Position numbers and translations under genes: made by a program
Notes under the pieces: model-generated
Told to the model about the DNA's origin: nothing
Databases searched by the model: none
What the model saw: only the letters and a program-made list of their open reading frames with translations
Shown here: positions 1 through 10,074 of the stretch, piece after piece
Position numbering within the stretch: position 1 is the stretch's first letter
Layout: the number at the start of each line of letters is the position of its first letter
Origin: Candidatus Dormiibacterota bacterium
Lineage (GTDB): Bacteria > Chloroflexota > Dormibacteria > Aeolococcales > Aeolococcaceae
Assembly: GCA_963791435.1 (NCBI GenBank)
Contig: CAWBSL010000002.1
Location: 559,746-623,745 of the forward strand
Direction of reading: 5' to 3'
Length of the DNA: 64,000 nt

Positions 1-507
1 GCTCAGATCGTCGAGACCGAGGCATATCTCGGGACGACCGATCCCGCCTCTCACGCCTTCCGAGGCCCGACTCCGCGGTCCAGGGTGATGTTCGGGCCGG
101 CCGCGCATCTCTACGTGTATTTCACGTACGGCATGCACCACTGCGCCAACGTGGTGACCGAGGCAGAAGGCGTTGCCGGCGCCGTGCTCCTGCGGGCCGC
201 CGCGGTGGTGGAGGGCGAGGCGGCCGTCGTCGCTCGACGGCGCGAGGGCCTTCCAGACGCAGCGCTCCTTCGTGGTCCCGGCAACCTGTGCCAGGGCCTC
301 GGGATCACTCGAGCCGACGACGGGATCGACCTCCTCGACCCCGCGTCGCGGGTGCACATCGCACAGCGGACGGTCACGCCGCCGATCGCGGTGAGCACTC
401 GCGTCGGCTTGCGACTGGCGAAGGACTGGCCCCTGCGTTTCAGCTGGCTCGGACATCCGGCGGTGTCGCGCCCTGCGCCTCGCGACCTTCACAGCACTCG
501 CGCATGA
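1..507 (+). CDS. mpg: DNA-3-methyladenine glycosylase (Mpg/AAG family), 5'-truncated by the window edge
   Basis: Frame-1 translation from base 1 reads ...ETEAYLG..DPASHAFRG..RVMFGPAAHLYVYFTYGMHHCANVV, the hallmark MPG motif block. Stop at 505-507. Confidence 0.85.
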   Translation, partial: AQIVETEAYLGTTDPASHAFRGPTPRSRVMFGPAAHLYVYFTYGMHHCANVVTEAEGVAGAVLLRAAAVVEGEAAVVARRREGLPDAALLRGPGNLCQGLGITRADDGIDLLDPASRVHIAQRTVTPPIAVSTRVGLRLAKDWPLRFSWLGHPAVSRPAPRDLHSTRA

Positions 508-540
508 CACAAAAGAAAGGGGCCGGACTGTGCCGGCCCC
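508..540 (-). terminator. Rho-independent terminator oriented on the minus strand
   Basis: Perfect 8-bp stem GGGGCCGG/CCGGCCCC (519-526/533-540) with a 6-nt loop. On the minus strand it is followed by TTTCTTTTGTG. On the plus strand no U-tract follows. Confidence 0.6.
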
Positions 541-924
541 TCTGGTGAATACACCGTTTTGATACGGCAGCCCGGTGGAAATTGCCGGGCTTATTCTTGG
601 CACCGAAACCGGTGCCCGGTTCGGGGGAACGCCCGGGTCCGAACTCCAGATCTGCACGACGCGCACTCGCTCGTTCTCGAGCAAACCCGGGGGCGCCGAT
701 TGCCCAGCGACCTCGACCGGGGGCGCGAAGGTCGTGCGGTCAGGGGCCCGTCAGCCGGGCCTCAACCCTCCGCTCGGCCGTGCCGGAAACGCTGCCAGAC
801 GGTTTGCAACATTGGGATGCCTACCTCCGTCTGATTGCCGATGCTGCGTCTAACCATAGTCCTGTCTCCCGCCGACCACAAGGAGTGCGACGTCTAGACT
901 GGGTTCAGGGCTGCGCTAGAATCG

Positions 925-936
925 GAACGCCTGTTC
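925..936. promoter_or_regulatory. Cheo-type LexA (SOS) box GAAC-N4-GTTC upstream of yebC-ruvCAB
   Basis: cGGAACGCCTGTTCGt is a perfect GAAC-N4-GTTC. It lies 15 bp upstream of the yebC ATG and overlaps the SD region. Confidence 0.6.
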
Positions 937-950
937 GTCTCGGAGGATTC

Positions 951-1718
951 ATGTCCGGTCACAGCAAGTGGGCTGGAATCAAGCACAAGAAGGCGATCGT
1001 CGATGCTCGTCGCGGCCAGCTCTTCACCAAGGTCACGCGCGAGCTCACGGTTGCCGCGCGCGAGGGCGGCCCTGACGTCGAGGGCAACTTCCGCCTGCGC
1101 CTCGCGATCCAGAAGGCGCGTGAGGTCAACATGCCTGCCGACAACATCGACCGCGCGATCCAGCGCGGCGCGGGTGGGAAGGATGGCGTGCAGCTCGAGG
1201 AAGTTCGCTACGAGGGCTACGGGCCGCACGGCGTTGCCGTGATGGTGGACACGCTTACCGACAACCGCAACCGGACCGTTGCGGCGATTCGCAACGCGTT
1301 CACGCGGTCCGGTGGCGCGCTCGGCGAGGCCAATAGCGTGGCGTGGATGTTCAACCAGCAGGGCGTCATCGCAATCGACGCAGGCAAGCGCGATCCCGAT
1401 GAGCTGGCACTCGAGTTGCTCGACGCAGTGGATGTCGGCGACGACGGCGATGTGGGCGTCGACGGTGACGAGGTCGTCGTGACGGTGGCGCCGACTCGAT
1501 TCGAGGAGGTGCGGCGAACGCTCGAGGAGCGCAGCTATCCGATCGACTCCGCCGAGGTCACGATGAATCCCACCAACTCTGTGCCGCTCGACGCATCGCA
1601 GGCGCGCCAGGTCCTTCGCCTGCTCGACACGCTCGAGGAGCACGACGACGTCCAGCAGGTGTACGCCAACGCGGAGATACCGGACGACGTTCTTGAGAGC
1701 CTTGAGAACGTCGGCTGA
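951..1718 (+). CDS. yebC: YebC/PmpR family DNA-binding transcriptional regulator
   Basis: N-terminus MSGHSKWAGIKHKKAIVDARRGQLFTKVTRELTVAAREGG. GGAGG SD sits 5 nt upstream of the ATG at 951. Sits immediately upstream of ruvC in the conserved arrangement. Confidence 0.93.
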   Translation: MSGHSKWAGIKHKKAIVDARRGQLFTKVTRELTVAAREGGPDVEGNFRLRLAIQKAREVNMPADNIDRAIQRGAGGKDGVQLEEVRYEGYGPHGVAVMVDTLTDNRNRTVAAIRNAFTRSGGALGEANSVAWMFNQQGVIAIDAGKRDPDELALELLDAVDVGDDGDVGVDGDEVVVTVAPTRFEEVRRTLEERSYPIDSAEVTMNPTNSVPLDASQARQVLRLLDTLEEHDDVQQVYANAEIPDDVLESLENVG

Positions 1719-1739
1719 CAGCGGCGCCGGCGCACACCG

Positions 1740-2306
1740 GTGAGGGTGCTCGGTGTCGATCCCGGTCTCGCGCGCACCGGCGTCGCGGTCGTCGAAGGCT
1801 CGCCCGGACACCTCGTGCTCATCCACGCATCCTGCATCGAGACTGCACCGCAGACCAACGAAGCCGGCCGGCTCGCGACGCTGTTCCAGCTTGTGGTCGA
1901 CGCGTGCAACACACTGCGCCCCGACGTCGCAGCCGTCGAGGAGTTGTTCTTCTCGACGAACCGCCGCACTGCAATGCGCGTCAGCGAAGCGCGCGGCGTG
2001 ATTCTCTGCGCGCTCGCGCGTGAGGGCGTTGCGATCGCGGAGTACACGCCGAATCAGGTGAAGGAGGCGGTGTGCGGATACGGCTCCGCGCGCAAGCCGC
2101 AGGTTTCGCGGATGGTGGCGACGCTGCTCGGAGTCGCGGAGATTCCAGGCCACGACGATGTCGCCGACGCGTGCGCCGTCGCGGTCTGTCATCACCACCG
2201 CAAGAGTCTCGGCGTGCTGACGCAGACGGTGGTGCGTGACACGGACTCGCCACTTGATCGCGCCGTGAGCAATGCGCGCGCGGCGCTCGTTCGTGCCGCG
2301 AGGTGA
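1740..2306 (+). CDS. ruvC: Holliday junction resolvase RuvC
   Basis: MRVLGVDPGLARTGVAVVEG..., RuvC fold motifs. GTG start. 4-bp GTGA overlap with ruvA. Confidence 0.93.
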   Translation: MRVLGVDPGLARTGVAVVEGSPGHLVLIHASCIETAPQTNEAGRLATLFQLVVDACNTLRPDVAAVEELFFSTNRRTAMRVSEARGVILCALAREGVAIAEYTPNQVKEAVCGYGSARKPQVSRMVATLLGVAEIPGHDDVADACAVAVCHHHRKSLGVLTQTVVRDTDSPLDRAVSNARAALVRAAR

Positions 2307-2917
2307 TCGCACTCCTCCGCGGCAAGCTTTTCAGCGTCGGCGACGACCATGTCGTCATCGACACAGGCGGCGTGGGCTACGAAGTGTTCTGTCATCTGCG
2401 CACGATCACGACGCTGCACGCTTCGCACGAACCCGAGATTTCGCTGTATGTGCACACGAGCGTCAGCGCGGAAGCCATACGCCTCTACGGCTTTGCAACG
2501 CATGACGAGTTCCGCCTTTTTCGCCTGCTCATCGGCGTCGAGCGGATCGGTCCGAAGGCCGCACTGGGCATCCTGGGTCGAGCCGAGCTGCCGGTGCTTG
2601 TGAAGGCGATCGCCGAAGGTGACATCGCGCTCGTGGCGACGGTCCCCGGTATCGGACGCAAGACCGCGGAGCGCGTGATCCTCGAGCTCCGTGACAAGGT
2701 CGGATCGTTCGAGCCGCCTGGGACTCAACATCCCACGGCAACAGGGGAGAACCAGGCGGTGGCGGCTGCCATCGCCGGACTGGTCGGGCTTGGATTCCGC
2801 GAGAGCGAGGCGCGCAACGCGGTGGCTGCGATCGCGGTCGACGGCGATGGGCACGACGTCGCCGACCTCGTCGGTGCCGCGCTTCGCCGGCTCGACACGG
2901 CTGGTGCGTCGCGATGA
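2303..2917 (+). CDS. ruvA: Holliday junction branch-migration protein RuvA
   Basis: MIALLRGKL...VVIDTGGVGYEV and HhH region GIGRKTAERVILEL. Confidence 0.93.
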   Translation: MIALLRGKLFSVGDDHVVIDTGGVGYEVFCHLRTITTLHASHEPEISLYVHTSVSAEAIRLYGFATHDEFRLFRLLIGVERIGPKAALGILGRAELPVLVKAIAEGDIALVATVPGIGRKTAERVILELRDKVGSFEPPGTQHPTATGENQAVAAAIAGLVGLGFRESEARNAVAAIAVDGDGHDVADLVGAALRRLDTAGASR

Positions 2918-3960
2918 CCGACGAGCGCGTGGTCAGCCCCGAGGAGTTGGAGGCCGAACGCGTCGCCGACACGGCGCTGCGACCCAGGACCCTGGACGAC
3001 TTCGTCGGCCAGTCGGCGATCAAGAACCAGGTCCGCATCCTCGTCGAAGCCGCCCGGCAGCGCGGTGACGCGCTGGACCACGTGCTCCTCTACGGCCCAC
3101 CCGGGCTCGGCAAGACCACGCTCGCGCAGATCATCGCGGTGGAGATGGGGGTCAACATCCGTCTCACCAGTGGGCCGGCGCTCGAGCATCAGGGCATGCT
3201 CGCCTCGATCCTCACGAGCCTCGAGGAACGCGATGTGTTCTTCATCGACGAGGTCCACCGGCTCAACCGCGCGGTGGAGGAGGCCCTCTATCCGGCGATG
3301 GAAGACCTCGCCTTCGACTTCGTAGCAGGCAAGGGTGCCGGCGCCCAGACGCTCCGGCTCACGCTCAACCGTTTCACGGTCATCGGCGCCACGACGAGGG
3401 CGGGCGCGCTCGGAGCACCGCTGCGTGATCGCTTCGGCGTCACCTTCCGTCTCGACTTCTATGACACGGACGATCTCGTGGCCATCGCCAACCGCTCGGC
3501 TCGGCTGCTCGGGATCGACCTCGATCCCGACGGCGCGGAGATGATCGCCCGGCGCTCACGCGGCACCCCGCGAATCGTCAACCGCCTGCTCCGGCGTGCT
3601 CGCGACTACGCCCAGGTGCGTGCCGCCGGGCGGATCGACCTCGAAGTCGCCACCGCCGCGCTCGACGTCCTCGGTATCGATTCGATCGGCCTCGACGAGC
3701 TTGACCGCCGGGTGCTCGGCGTCCTCTGCGGGACCCTCGGTGGCCACGCGGTGGGAGTCCAGACCATCGCGGTGAGCGTTCAGGAGGATCCCGACACCAT
3801 CGAGGACGTCGTCGAACCCTTCCTGATCCGTCGCGGCCTGCTGGCCCGAACGCTGCGCGGCCGGCTCGCCACGGCCGGCGCCTACCAGCATCTGGGGCTC
3901 AGCGTGCCCGCCGGCGCCCCCGGAGCGGCAGAGGCGCAGACGGCGCTCTTCGAGCGTTGA
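2914..3960 (+). CDS. ruvB: Holliday junction ATP-dependent helicase RuvB
   Basis: LDDFVGQ...LLYGPPGLGKTTLAQIIA...VFFIDEVHRL, an AAA+ RuvB signature. Confidence 0.95.
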   Translation: MTDERVVSPEELEAERVADTALRPRTLDDFVGQSAIKNQVRILVEAARQRGDALDHVLLYGPPGLGKTTLAQIIAVEMGVNIRLTSGPALEHQGMLASILTSLEERDVFFIDEVHRLNRAVEEALYPAMEDLAFDFVAGKGAGAQTLRLTLNRFTVIGATTRAGALGAPLRDRFGVTFRLDFYDTDDLVAIANRSARLLGIDLDPDGAEMIARRSRGTPRIVNRLLRRARDYAQVRAAGRIDLEVATAALDVLGIDSIGLDELDRRVLGVLCGTLGGHAVGVQTIAVSVQEDPDTIEDVVEPFLIRRGLLARTLRGRLATAGAYQHLGLSVPAGAPGAAEAQTALFER

Positions 3961-4991
3961 GGTCCGCCGACTTCGACTACCCGCTCCCCGCGGAGCGGAT
4001 CGCACAGGAGCCACTCGCCGAACGCGACGCGTCGCGCCTGCTATACCTGCCCCCGGACGGAGGGGTCGAGGATCGAGCATTCCGCGAGCTTCCGGCGCTC
4101 CTGCGCGCCGGTGACCTCCTCGTCGTCAACGAGACCCGCGTGCGCCGCGCGCGACTGCGCGGAGTCGACGACGGCGGAAGGGACATCGAGCTCCTGGTGC
4201 TCTCGCGCAATGAGAACGGCGAGTACCAGTGCCTGGCGCGACCCGCGAGGCTGGCGACTCCGGGTGCCGTCGTCCTCGTCGGGTCCGAGCTGCGCGCGAC
4301 GGTCGTGGGTGTTTCGGCGGCGCACCGCGGCGGTCGCGTGATCGCGTTCGATACACCGGACGCGGATGCAGCGATCGAACGATCAGGCGTCGCCCCACTC
4401 CCGCCCTACATCCATACCGAGTTGCGTGATCCCGAGCGGTATCAGACCACCTATGCCACCGGCGATCCGGATTCGGCGGCCGCGCCCACCGCAGGACTGC
4501 ATTTCACGGACTCCGTGATCGCGAACCTCCGAGCCGCGGGGATCGGGTGGGCGACGCTACGTCTCGATGTCGGTCTCGGGACGTTCGCTCCCATCCGCGC
4601 GGACTGCGTGGAGGATCACCCGATGCACGAGGAGCGCTACACGCTGCCGCTCGATACGGTGGCTGCGATCGAGCGCACTCGCGGCTCCGGTGGCCGGGTC
4701 ATCGCAGTCGGCACCACAGTCGTTCGCGTGCTCGAGACCTGCGCGCGTGAGGACGGAACGCTCCATGCCGCGTCCGGCGCCACGCGCCTGTTCATCCATC
4801 CGGGACATCGCTTTCGCGCCGTAGACGGCCTGCTGACGAATTTCCACCAGCCACGTTCCTCGCTGCTCGTTCTCCTCGCGGCATTCATCGGTGATGAGCG
4901 CTGGAGGAGCGCATACGCGCACGCGCTCGAAGCGGGGTACCGGTTCCTTTCACTCGGCGATTGCATGCTGTGCTGGCGCGCGCCGGCATGA
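3957..4991 (+). CDS. queA: S-adenosylmethionine:tRNA ribosyltransferase-isomerase QueA
   Basis: FDYPLPAERIAQEPLAERDASRLL...VVNETRV and a C-terminal GYRFLSLGDCML. TTGA overlap with the ruvB stop. Confidence 0.9.
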   Translation: MRSADFDYPLPAERIAQEPLAERDASRLLYLPPDGGVEDRAFRELPALLRAGDLLVVNETRVRRARLRGVDDGGRDIELLVLSRNENGEYQCLARPARLATPGAVVLVGSELRATVVGVSAAHRGGRVIAFDTPDADAAIERSGVAPLPPYIHTELRDPERYQTTYATGDPDSAAAPTAGLHFTDSVIANLRAAGIGWATLRLDVGLGTFAPIRADCVEDHPMHEERYTLPLDTVAAIERTRGSGGRVIAVGTTVVRVLETCAREDGTLHAASGATRLFIHPGHRFRAVDGLLTNFHQPRSSLLVLLAAFIGDERWRSAYAHALEAGYRFLSLGDCMLCWRAPA

Positions 4992-6097
4992 CCCCGTACG
5001 CTGCCGATGCCGTCGACGGCGCAGCGCGCACGGGGATTCTGACAACTGCGCACGGTGGCGTTCGCACGCCGGCATTCATGCCCGTCGGGACGCACGCGAC
5101 CGTCAAGGCGCTGCACCCCGACGAGGTGCGCGCCGCAGGCGTCGACATCCTGCTCTGCAACGCATACCACCTCGCGCTCCGACCGGGGATCGACCTGATC
5201 GAACAGGCCGGCGGGCTCCACACCTTCATGGGGTGGGACCATCCGATCCTCACCGACAGCGGCGGCTACCAACTGGTGAGCCTCGCCGACGTGGCGGCGG
5301 TCGACGACGATGGCGCGACCTTCGTCTCGCCGTACGACGGATCCCGGCTACGAGTGACGCCGGAGGACGCGGTCAGCAACCAGGCACGGCTCGGGGCGGA
5401 CGTGGTGATGTGCCTCGACCACCCGGTCGCCCACGGCACCGCGACCGACGTTGCGCGAGCGGCGACCGAGCGCACGCATCGCTGGGCCGAGCGCTGCCGG
5501 GCCGCGCACCCGGGCACGGGCCATCTCCTCTTCGGCATCGCCCAGGGAGGGTTCGATGCGACGGCCCGACGTGACTCCGCGCGGTTCATCTCGGGGCTCG
5601 GCTTCGACGGCGTCGCCATCGGCGGCCTCGCCGTGGGGGAGCCCGTGGACACGATGCTCGCGATGACCGAGGCGAGTGTCGGCGAGCTCGCCCCGGACCG
5701 CGCCCGCTACTTCATGGGACTTGGGACCGACTTCGAGCTCCTGGCCGCAATCGCGCTCGGCGTGGACATGTTCGACTGCGTCGTGCCCACCCGGCTCGCG
5801 CGAAACGGAAGCGCGCTGACGCCGGACGGACGCCTTTCGCTCCGCAACGCCGCGGCCCGTGACGAGTTCGGCCCGATCGACCCGGACTGCCCGTGCGCCG
5901 CGTGCACCGGATTCTCGCGCGCGTACCTGCGCCACCTCTTCCAGTCGGGCGAGATCCTTGCCCACCGCCTGGTGAGCCTCCACAACGTCACCCACCTCTC
6001 CCGGTTGATGGAGGCGGCCCGGTCTGCGATCCGCACCGGCACCTTCGCGTCATTCCGCTCGGAACGGGATGGCCGGCTCCGCTCAGGTCCCCGGTAG
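4988..6097 (+). CDS. tgt: Queuine tRNA-ribosyltransferase (tRNA-guanine transglycosylase)
   Basis: GVRTPAFMPVGTHATVKAL...LLCNAYHL...DCVVPTRLARNG...CPCAAC, a Zn-site motif. The ATG at 4988 overlaps the queA stop (ATGA). Confidence 0.93.
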   Translation: MTPYAADAVDGAARTGILTTAHGGVRTPAFMPVGTHATVKALHPDEVRAAGVDILLCNAYHLALRPGIDLIEQAGGLHTFMGWDHPILTDSGGYQLVSLADVAAVDDDGATFVSPYDGSRLRVTPEDAVSNQARLGADVVMCLDHPVAHGTATDVARAATERTHRWAERCRAAHPGTGHLLFGIAQGGFDATARRDSARFISGLGFDGVAIGGLAVGEPVDTMLAMTEASVGELAPDRARYFMGLGTDFELLAAIALGVDMFDCVVPTRLARNGSALTPDGRLSLRNAAARDEFGPIDPDCPCAACTGFSRAYLRHLFQSGEILAHRLVSLHNVTHLSRLMEAARSAIRTGTFASFRSERDGRLRSGPR

Positions 6098-6108
6098 ACT
6101 GACGCCAG

Positions 6109-8578
6109 GTGTTCAGGATCACGCGTTTCCGCCTGGCTGTCGTCCTCCTCGTGGTGGTCGGCGCGTTCTTCATCGACGGCTACAGCCTCATCTATCGGTA
6201 CCTGGTCGTCCACCAGCCGCTCGGTACGACGCTGACGTCGACGCCCACCTTCCTTGGTCGCCAGCTCTTCATTCACAAGGGCCTCGATCTCCAGGGCGGC
6301 ACCGAGCTCACCATCGAGATCTGCCACGGCTTCGACAACCCCAACGCGGAGTGCCGCAACGGCCCGCCGAACGGCGCCTCGCTCGCCACAGCCCAGCAGG
6401 CCACCATCCCGATCATCGATTCACGCGTGAACTCGCTCGGCGTCTCCGAGGCATCGGTCCAGGCGCAGGGCGACGATCAGATCCTCGTCCAGCTCCCTGG
6501 GGTGAGCCTCAGTCAGGCGATCAACACGATCGGGACGACAGCGCGGCTCTACTTCGCGACACCGGTTGCCGGCCAGGCGACGAACCCACCGAGCGCGGCG
6601 CTGATTCGGGACCAGCAGGGGCACTACGACGTCACCCAGTTCGACAACGTCCTCGACTATCCGACCGGCTATCACTGGAAGATCGACAACAACCTGCAGG
6701 CCACGGACGTCGACAGCGCGACTGTGGGCACCGACTCGACCACCAACCAGGTCGCCGTCGACATCACCTTCAACGGGGCCGGCGCGCAGGAGTGGGCGAA
6801 GATCACCACCGCCGCCTTCAACGAGTACTCGCAGAACCCGACCAGCCCGCTCGCGCAGATCGCGATCTTCCTCGACAACAAGCGTGATCACGGCACCTGA
6901 CGTCACCGGCGGCGGCCAGAGCAACCAGACCGAGATCACCGGCAACTTCACGACGGATTCCGCGACGGCGCTCGCCAACCAGATCAGCGCAGGCGCGCTG
7001 CCCGCCGAGATCACGACCGTCGCCAGCACCACCGTGAGCGCGACGCTCGGCCAGCAATCGGTGACCCTCTCGCTGGTCGCCGGCGGCATCGGCCTGCTGA
7101 TCGTCGTCATCTTCATGATCGGCTACTACCGGTTCCCAGGGCTGCTTGCCACGCTGGCATTGATCGTGTACGCGGCGATCGTGCTTGCGCTCTTCAAGCT
7201 GATACCCGTCACCCTGTCGCTGGCAGGACTGGCAGGTTTCGTCCTGAGCGTCGGCATGGCGGTGGATGCCAACGTCCTGATATTCGAACGCACCCGTGAT
7301 GAATTACGCCATGGGAGAAGTGTGCCCCTCGCCGTCGAAACAGGCTTCCGGCGCGCCTTTCCTGCCATTCGTGACAGCAACATCTCGACGCTGATCACGT
7401 GCACGATCCTCGGGATCTTCGGCACTGACGTGATTCGCGGATTCGCGATCACGCTCGCGATCGGCGTCATCGTCTCGTTCTTCACCGCAATCACGATCAC
7501 CCGCTCGCTGTTTGCATGGGTGCTCAGCTGGAAGATCGGCCGTGATCCGCGGCTGTATACCGAGATCCACGAGGAGTTCGCCGACCATCCACCGCGGGGC
7601 CGGTTCGACATCGTCAAGAACCGCAACTGGTACTTCCTCGGATCCCTTGCGGTCATCATCCCGGGCATCCTCGCGATCCTGTTCTGGGGCTTCAACCTCG
7701 GCATCGATTTCAAAGGCGGCAACGTCATCGACGTGGGGTTCGCGAAGAACGTCAGCCAGGGGCAGGTCGCCGCGCTCCTCGACCAGGACTACGGCAGCCT
7801 CCGTCCACAGGTACAGGCGGAGGGCACGAGCGGCGGCGAGGCGAGCCACTTCGCCATCACAACCTTGCCCTCGGACAGCGAGCAGATCCTGCAGATGCAG
7901 CACACGCTGGACAGCAACTTCACGATTGCGACCAACGCGACCACGAATCAACCGGACATCAGCGTGCAGCAGGTCGGGCCGACGATCGCGGCCAGCCTCG
8001 TCACTGGCGCGATCATCATGATCTTTGTCTCCGCGGGAGCGATCGCGATCTATCTCGCCTTCGCATTCCGGCGTCAGCGGGCGATCTCGCCCTGGCGTTT
8101 CAGCGCATGCGCGTTCTTCAAGCTCCTCCATGACGTGTTCGTGCTCGCCGGTATCTGGGCGATCCTCGGCCACTTCTCGAACTTAGGTCAGGTCGACTCA
8201 CTCTTTGTCACCGCTGTCCTGACGTCTGTGGCGTTTTCCATTCACGACACCATCGTGGTGTTCGACCGCGTGCGCGAAAACCTGCGCGTCGGGCCTCGGT
8301 TGACCTTCGACCAGGTGATCAACCTCTCCACCGTGCAGACGATGACGCGGTCGCTCAACACCTCCCTCACCGTCGTGTTCGTCCTGCTGTCACTCGTGAT
8401 CTTCGGCGGCGACTCGATCCGTGGGTTCGTGCTCGCGCTCCTTATCGGCATCGTCACCGGCACCTACAGCTCGATCTTCAATGCAAGCACGCTGCTCGTC
8501 GCATGGGAGAAGGCGCGCGGCACGCGGACGGTTGCGCCACCAGCAGGCCGGAGGCGCGTCACGCCCCGGACCGTCTAG
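6109..8578 (+). CDS. secDF: Fused protein translocase subunit SecDF, with the reading frame broken by a +1 shift near 6883
   Basis: ORF 6109-6900 encodes the SecD N-terminal TM and periplasmic head. ORF 6884-8578 in the +1 frame continues ...VITAPDVTGG... (the conserved SecD 'ISAP' region), then the SecD C-terminal TMs and a full SecF (FDIVKNRNWYFLGS..GIDFKGG). Sequence ...aac aag C gtg atc...: removing one base restores a continuous SecDF. Confidence 0.85.
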
Positions 8579-8608
8579 GGCCCGACCCGCGCTCAGCGCA
8601 CACCACAT

Positions 8609-9082
8609 ATGAACACCGACGACGTCTCCCTTATCGCGTCTCTGCTGCGCCCGTCGTTCGACCACCTCGGCATCGAGCTGGTCGACGTCCAGTGGTCGGG
8701 ACGAGGGCGAGGCGCGGTCCTCCGGCTTGTCATCGATCGCGACGGCGGCGGCGTGACCCTCGACGATTGCGAACTGGCATCCAACACGGCGTCGGCCGTC
8801 CTCGACGCCAGCGACCCGATTGATCACCCGTACCGGCTCGAGGTGAGCTCCCCAGGCGCCGAGCGGCCGATCCGCCGGCCGGAGGAGTGGATGGCCGCGG
8901 TCGGGCGCCGCATCAACGTACGCCTGCGCGACGGAGATGCCGAGCTCGTCCTGGAGGGCAAGCTCATCGCGGTGACCGGCAGCGATGCCGAGATCGAGGT
9001 TCGGGAGCGCCGGACGTCAACACGGGCAGTCGACTTCTCGCTCGACTCGGTCCTCGCGGCGCGGATCGTCGTCGACATCTGA
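8609..9082 (+). CDS. rimP: Ribosome maturation factor RimP
   Basis: ...LGIELVDVQW...LRLVIDRDGGVTLDDCE...PYRLEVSSPGAERPI. Conserved position upstream of nusA. Confidence 0.9.
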   Translation: MNTDDVSLIASLLRPSFDHLGIELVDVQWSGRGRGAVLRLVIDRDGGGVTLDDCELASNTASAVLDASDPIDHPYRLEVSSPGAERPIRRPEEWMAAVGRRINVRLRDGDAELVLEGKLIAVTGSDAEIEVRERRTSTRAVDFSLDSVLAARIVVDI

Positions 9083-10074
9083 TGGCGGCTCCTGCAGTCA
9101 CCCTGAGCGCGCTCCGCGACCTCGCCGCCGCGACCCCGCTCAGCGAAGCCGAGATCACGGGGGCCGTGGAACAGGGGGTGGCGACCGCCTACCGCCGGCT
9201 CGTCGAGGACGATGCAACGGTTCGTGCCCGGGTGAACCTCGAATCCGGGACCTTCGTCGTCTACCGGCTCGGCGACGACGGCGGCGAGATCGTCATCGAC
9301 GTCGACGTCCCGGACTTCCCCCGGCAGGCGGCGGCAGCGGCGCGAACGGCGGTGGCCGAGCGGCTCGCGAATGTCGAGCAACGCCGGATCCTCGGCGAGG
9401 GAGCGAGCCAGCGCGGGGTGCTGCGCGACGCCATCGTCGAGCGACGTCTCGGCAGCATCTGGTACGTCGACGCCGGCGGCGTGCCGGGAATGCTGCCTCC
9501 GGAGGAGCAGATCCCCGGCGAGCGCCTGACCGTCCGCGACCACATCAAGGTGGTCATCGTCGAGGGGCGCCGCAAGGGACCGGATGCCCTCGTGGTCGTG
9601 TCGCGTTCGCATCCGCAACTGGTCCAGCGGCTCATGGAGCAGGAGGTCCCGGAGCTGCAGAGCGGCCAGGTGGTGGTCCGCGCGATCGCCCGCGACCCCG
9701 GCCGCCGGACGAAGGTGGCGGTGGACGCCCCGGACGGCGACGTCGATCCCCAGGGGGCGTGCATCGGCAGAAACGGGGTGCGCCAGCGGGCGGTCACCTC
9801 CGAGCTCGGCGAGGAGCAGGTCCAGATCGTCGCCTGGTCCGCCGACCCGTCCACCTTCGTGATGAACTCGCTGATACCCGCCACCGCCCGCGGCGTCGAG
9901 CTCGATCCCGAATCACGCACGGCCCACATCTCGGTGGCCTCGGATCAGCTCTCCCTCGCGATCGGCCGGGGAGGGGAGAACGCCCGCCTGGCGGCCCGCC
10001 TCACCGGCTGGCGCATCGACATCCGCGCTGACGAGCCGGAGGTTGGCGCCTCGGCCGGGGACAGCCCACCCTGA
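9082..10074 (+). CDS. nusA: Transcription termination/antitermination factor NusA
   Basis: The ATG at 9082 overlaps the rimP stop. S1 and KH regions (IGRNGVRQRAVTSELGEEQVQIVAW..., LAIGRGGENARLAARLTGWRIDI). Confidence 0.9.
   Translation: MAAPAVTLSALRDLAAATPLSEAEITGAVEQGVATAYRRLVEDDATVRARVNLESGTFVVYRLGDDGGEIVIDVDVPDFPRQAAAAARTAVAERLANVEQRRILGEGASQRGVLRDAIVERRLGSIWYVDAGGVPGMLPPEEQIPGERLTVRDHIKVVIVEGRRKGPDALVVVSRSHPQLVQRLMEQEVPELQSGQVVVRAIARDPGRRTKVAVDAPDGDVDPQGACIGRNGVRQRAVTSELGEEQVQIVAWSADPSTFVMNSLIPATARGVELDPESRTAHISVASDQLSLAIGRGGENARLAARLTGWRIDIRADEPEVGASAGDSPP

Noticed and set aside
560-900. tmRNA or SRP RNA in the mpg-yebC spacer
   Set aside because: No ...ALAA-stop tag-coding stretch, no tRNA-like GGTTCGAnTCC 3' end and no CCGGAAGGAAGCAGC-type domain IV motif is present on either strand. 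Only the orphan terminator is reported.
894-2312. Long minus-strand ORF (472 aa) antisense to yebC/ruvC. Similar long antisense ORFs lie at 12399-14498, 20687-23122, 14446-15906 and elsewhere.
   Set aside because: They are Arg/Ala/Pro-rich with no family resemblance and lie fully antisense to strongly conserved genes. These are typical open-frame artifacts of 70% GC DNA.
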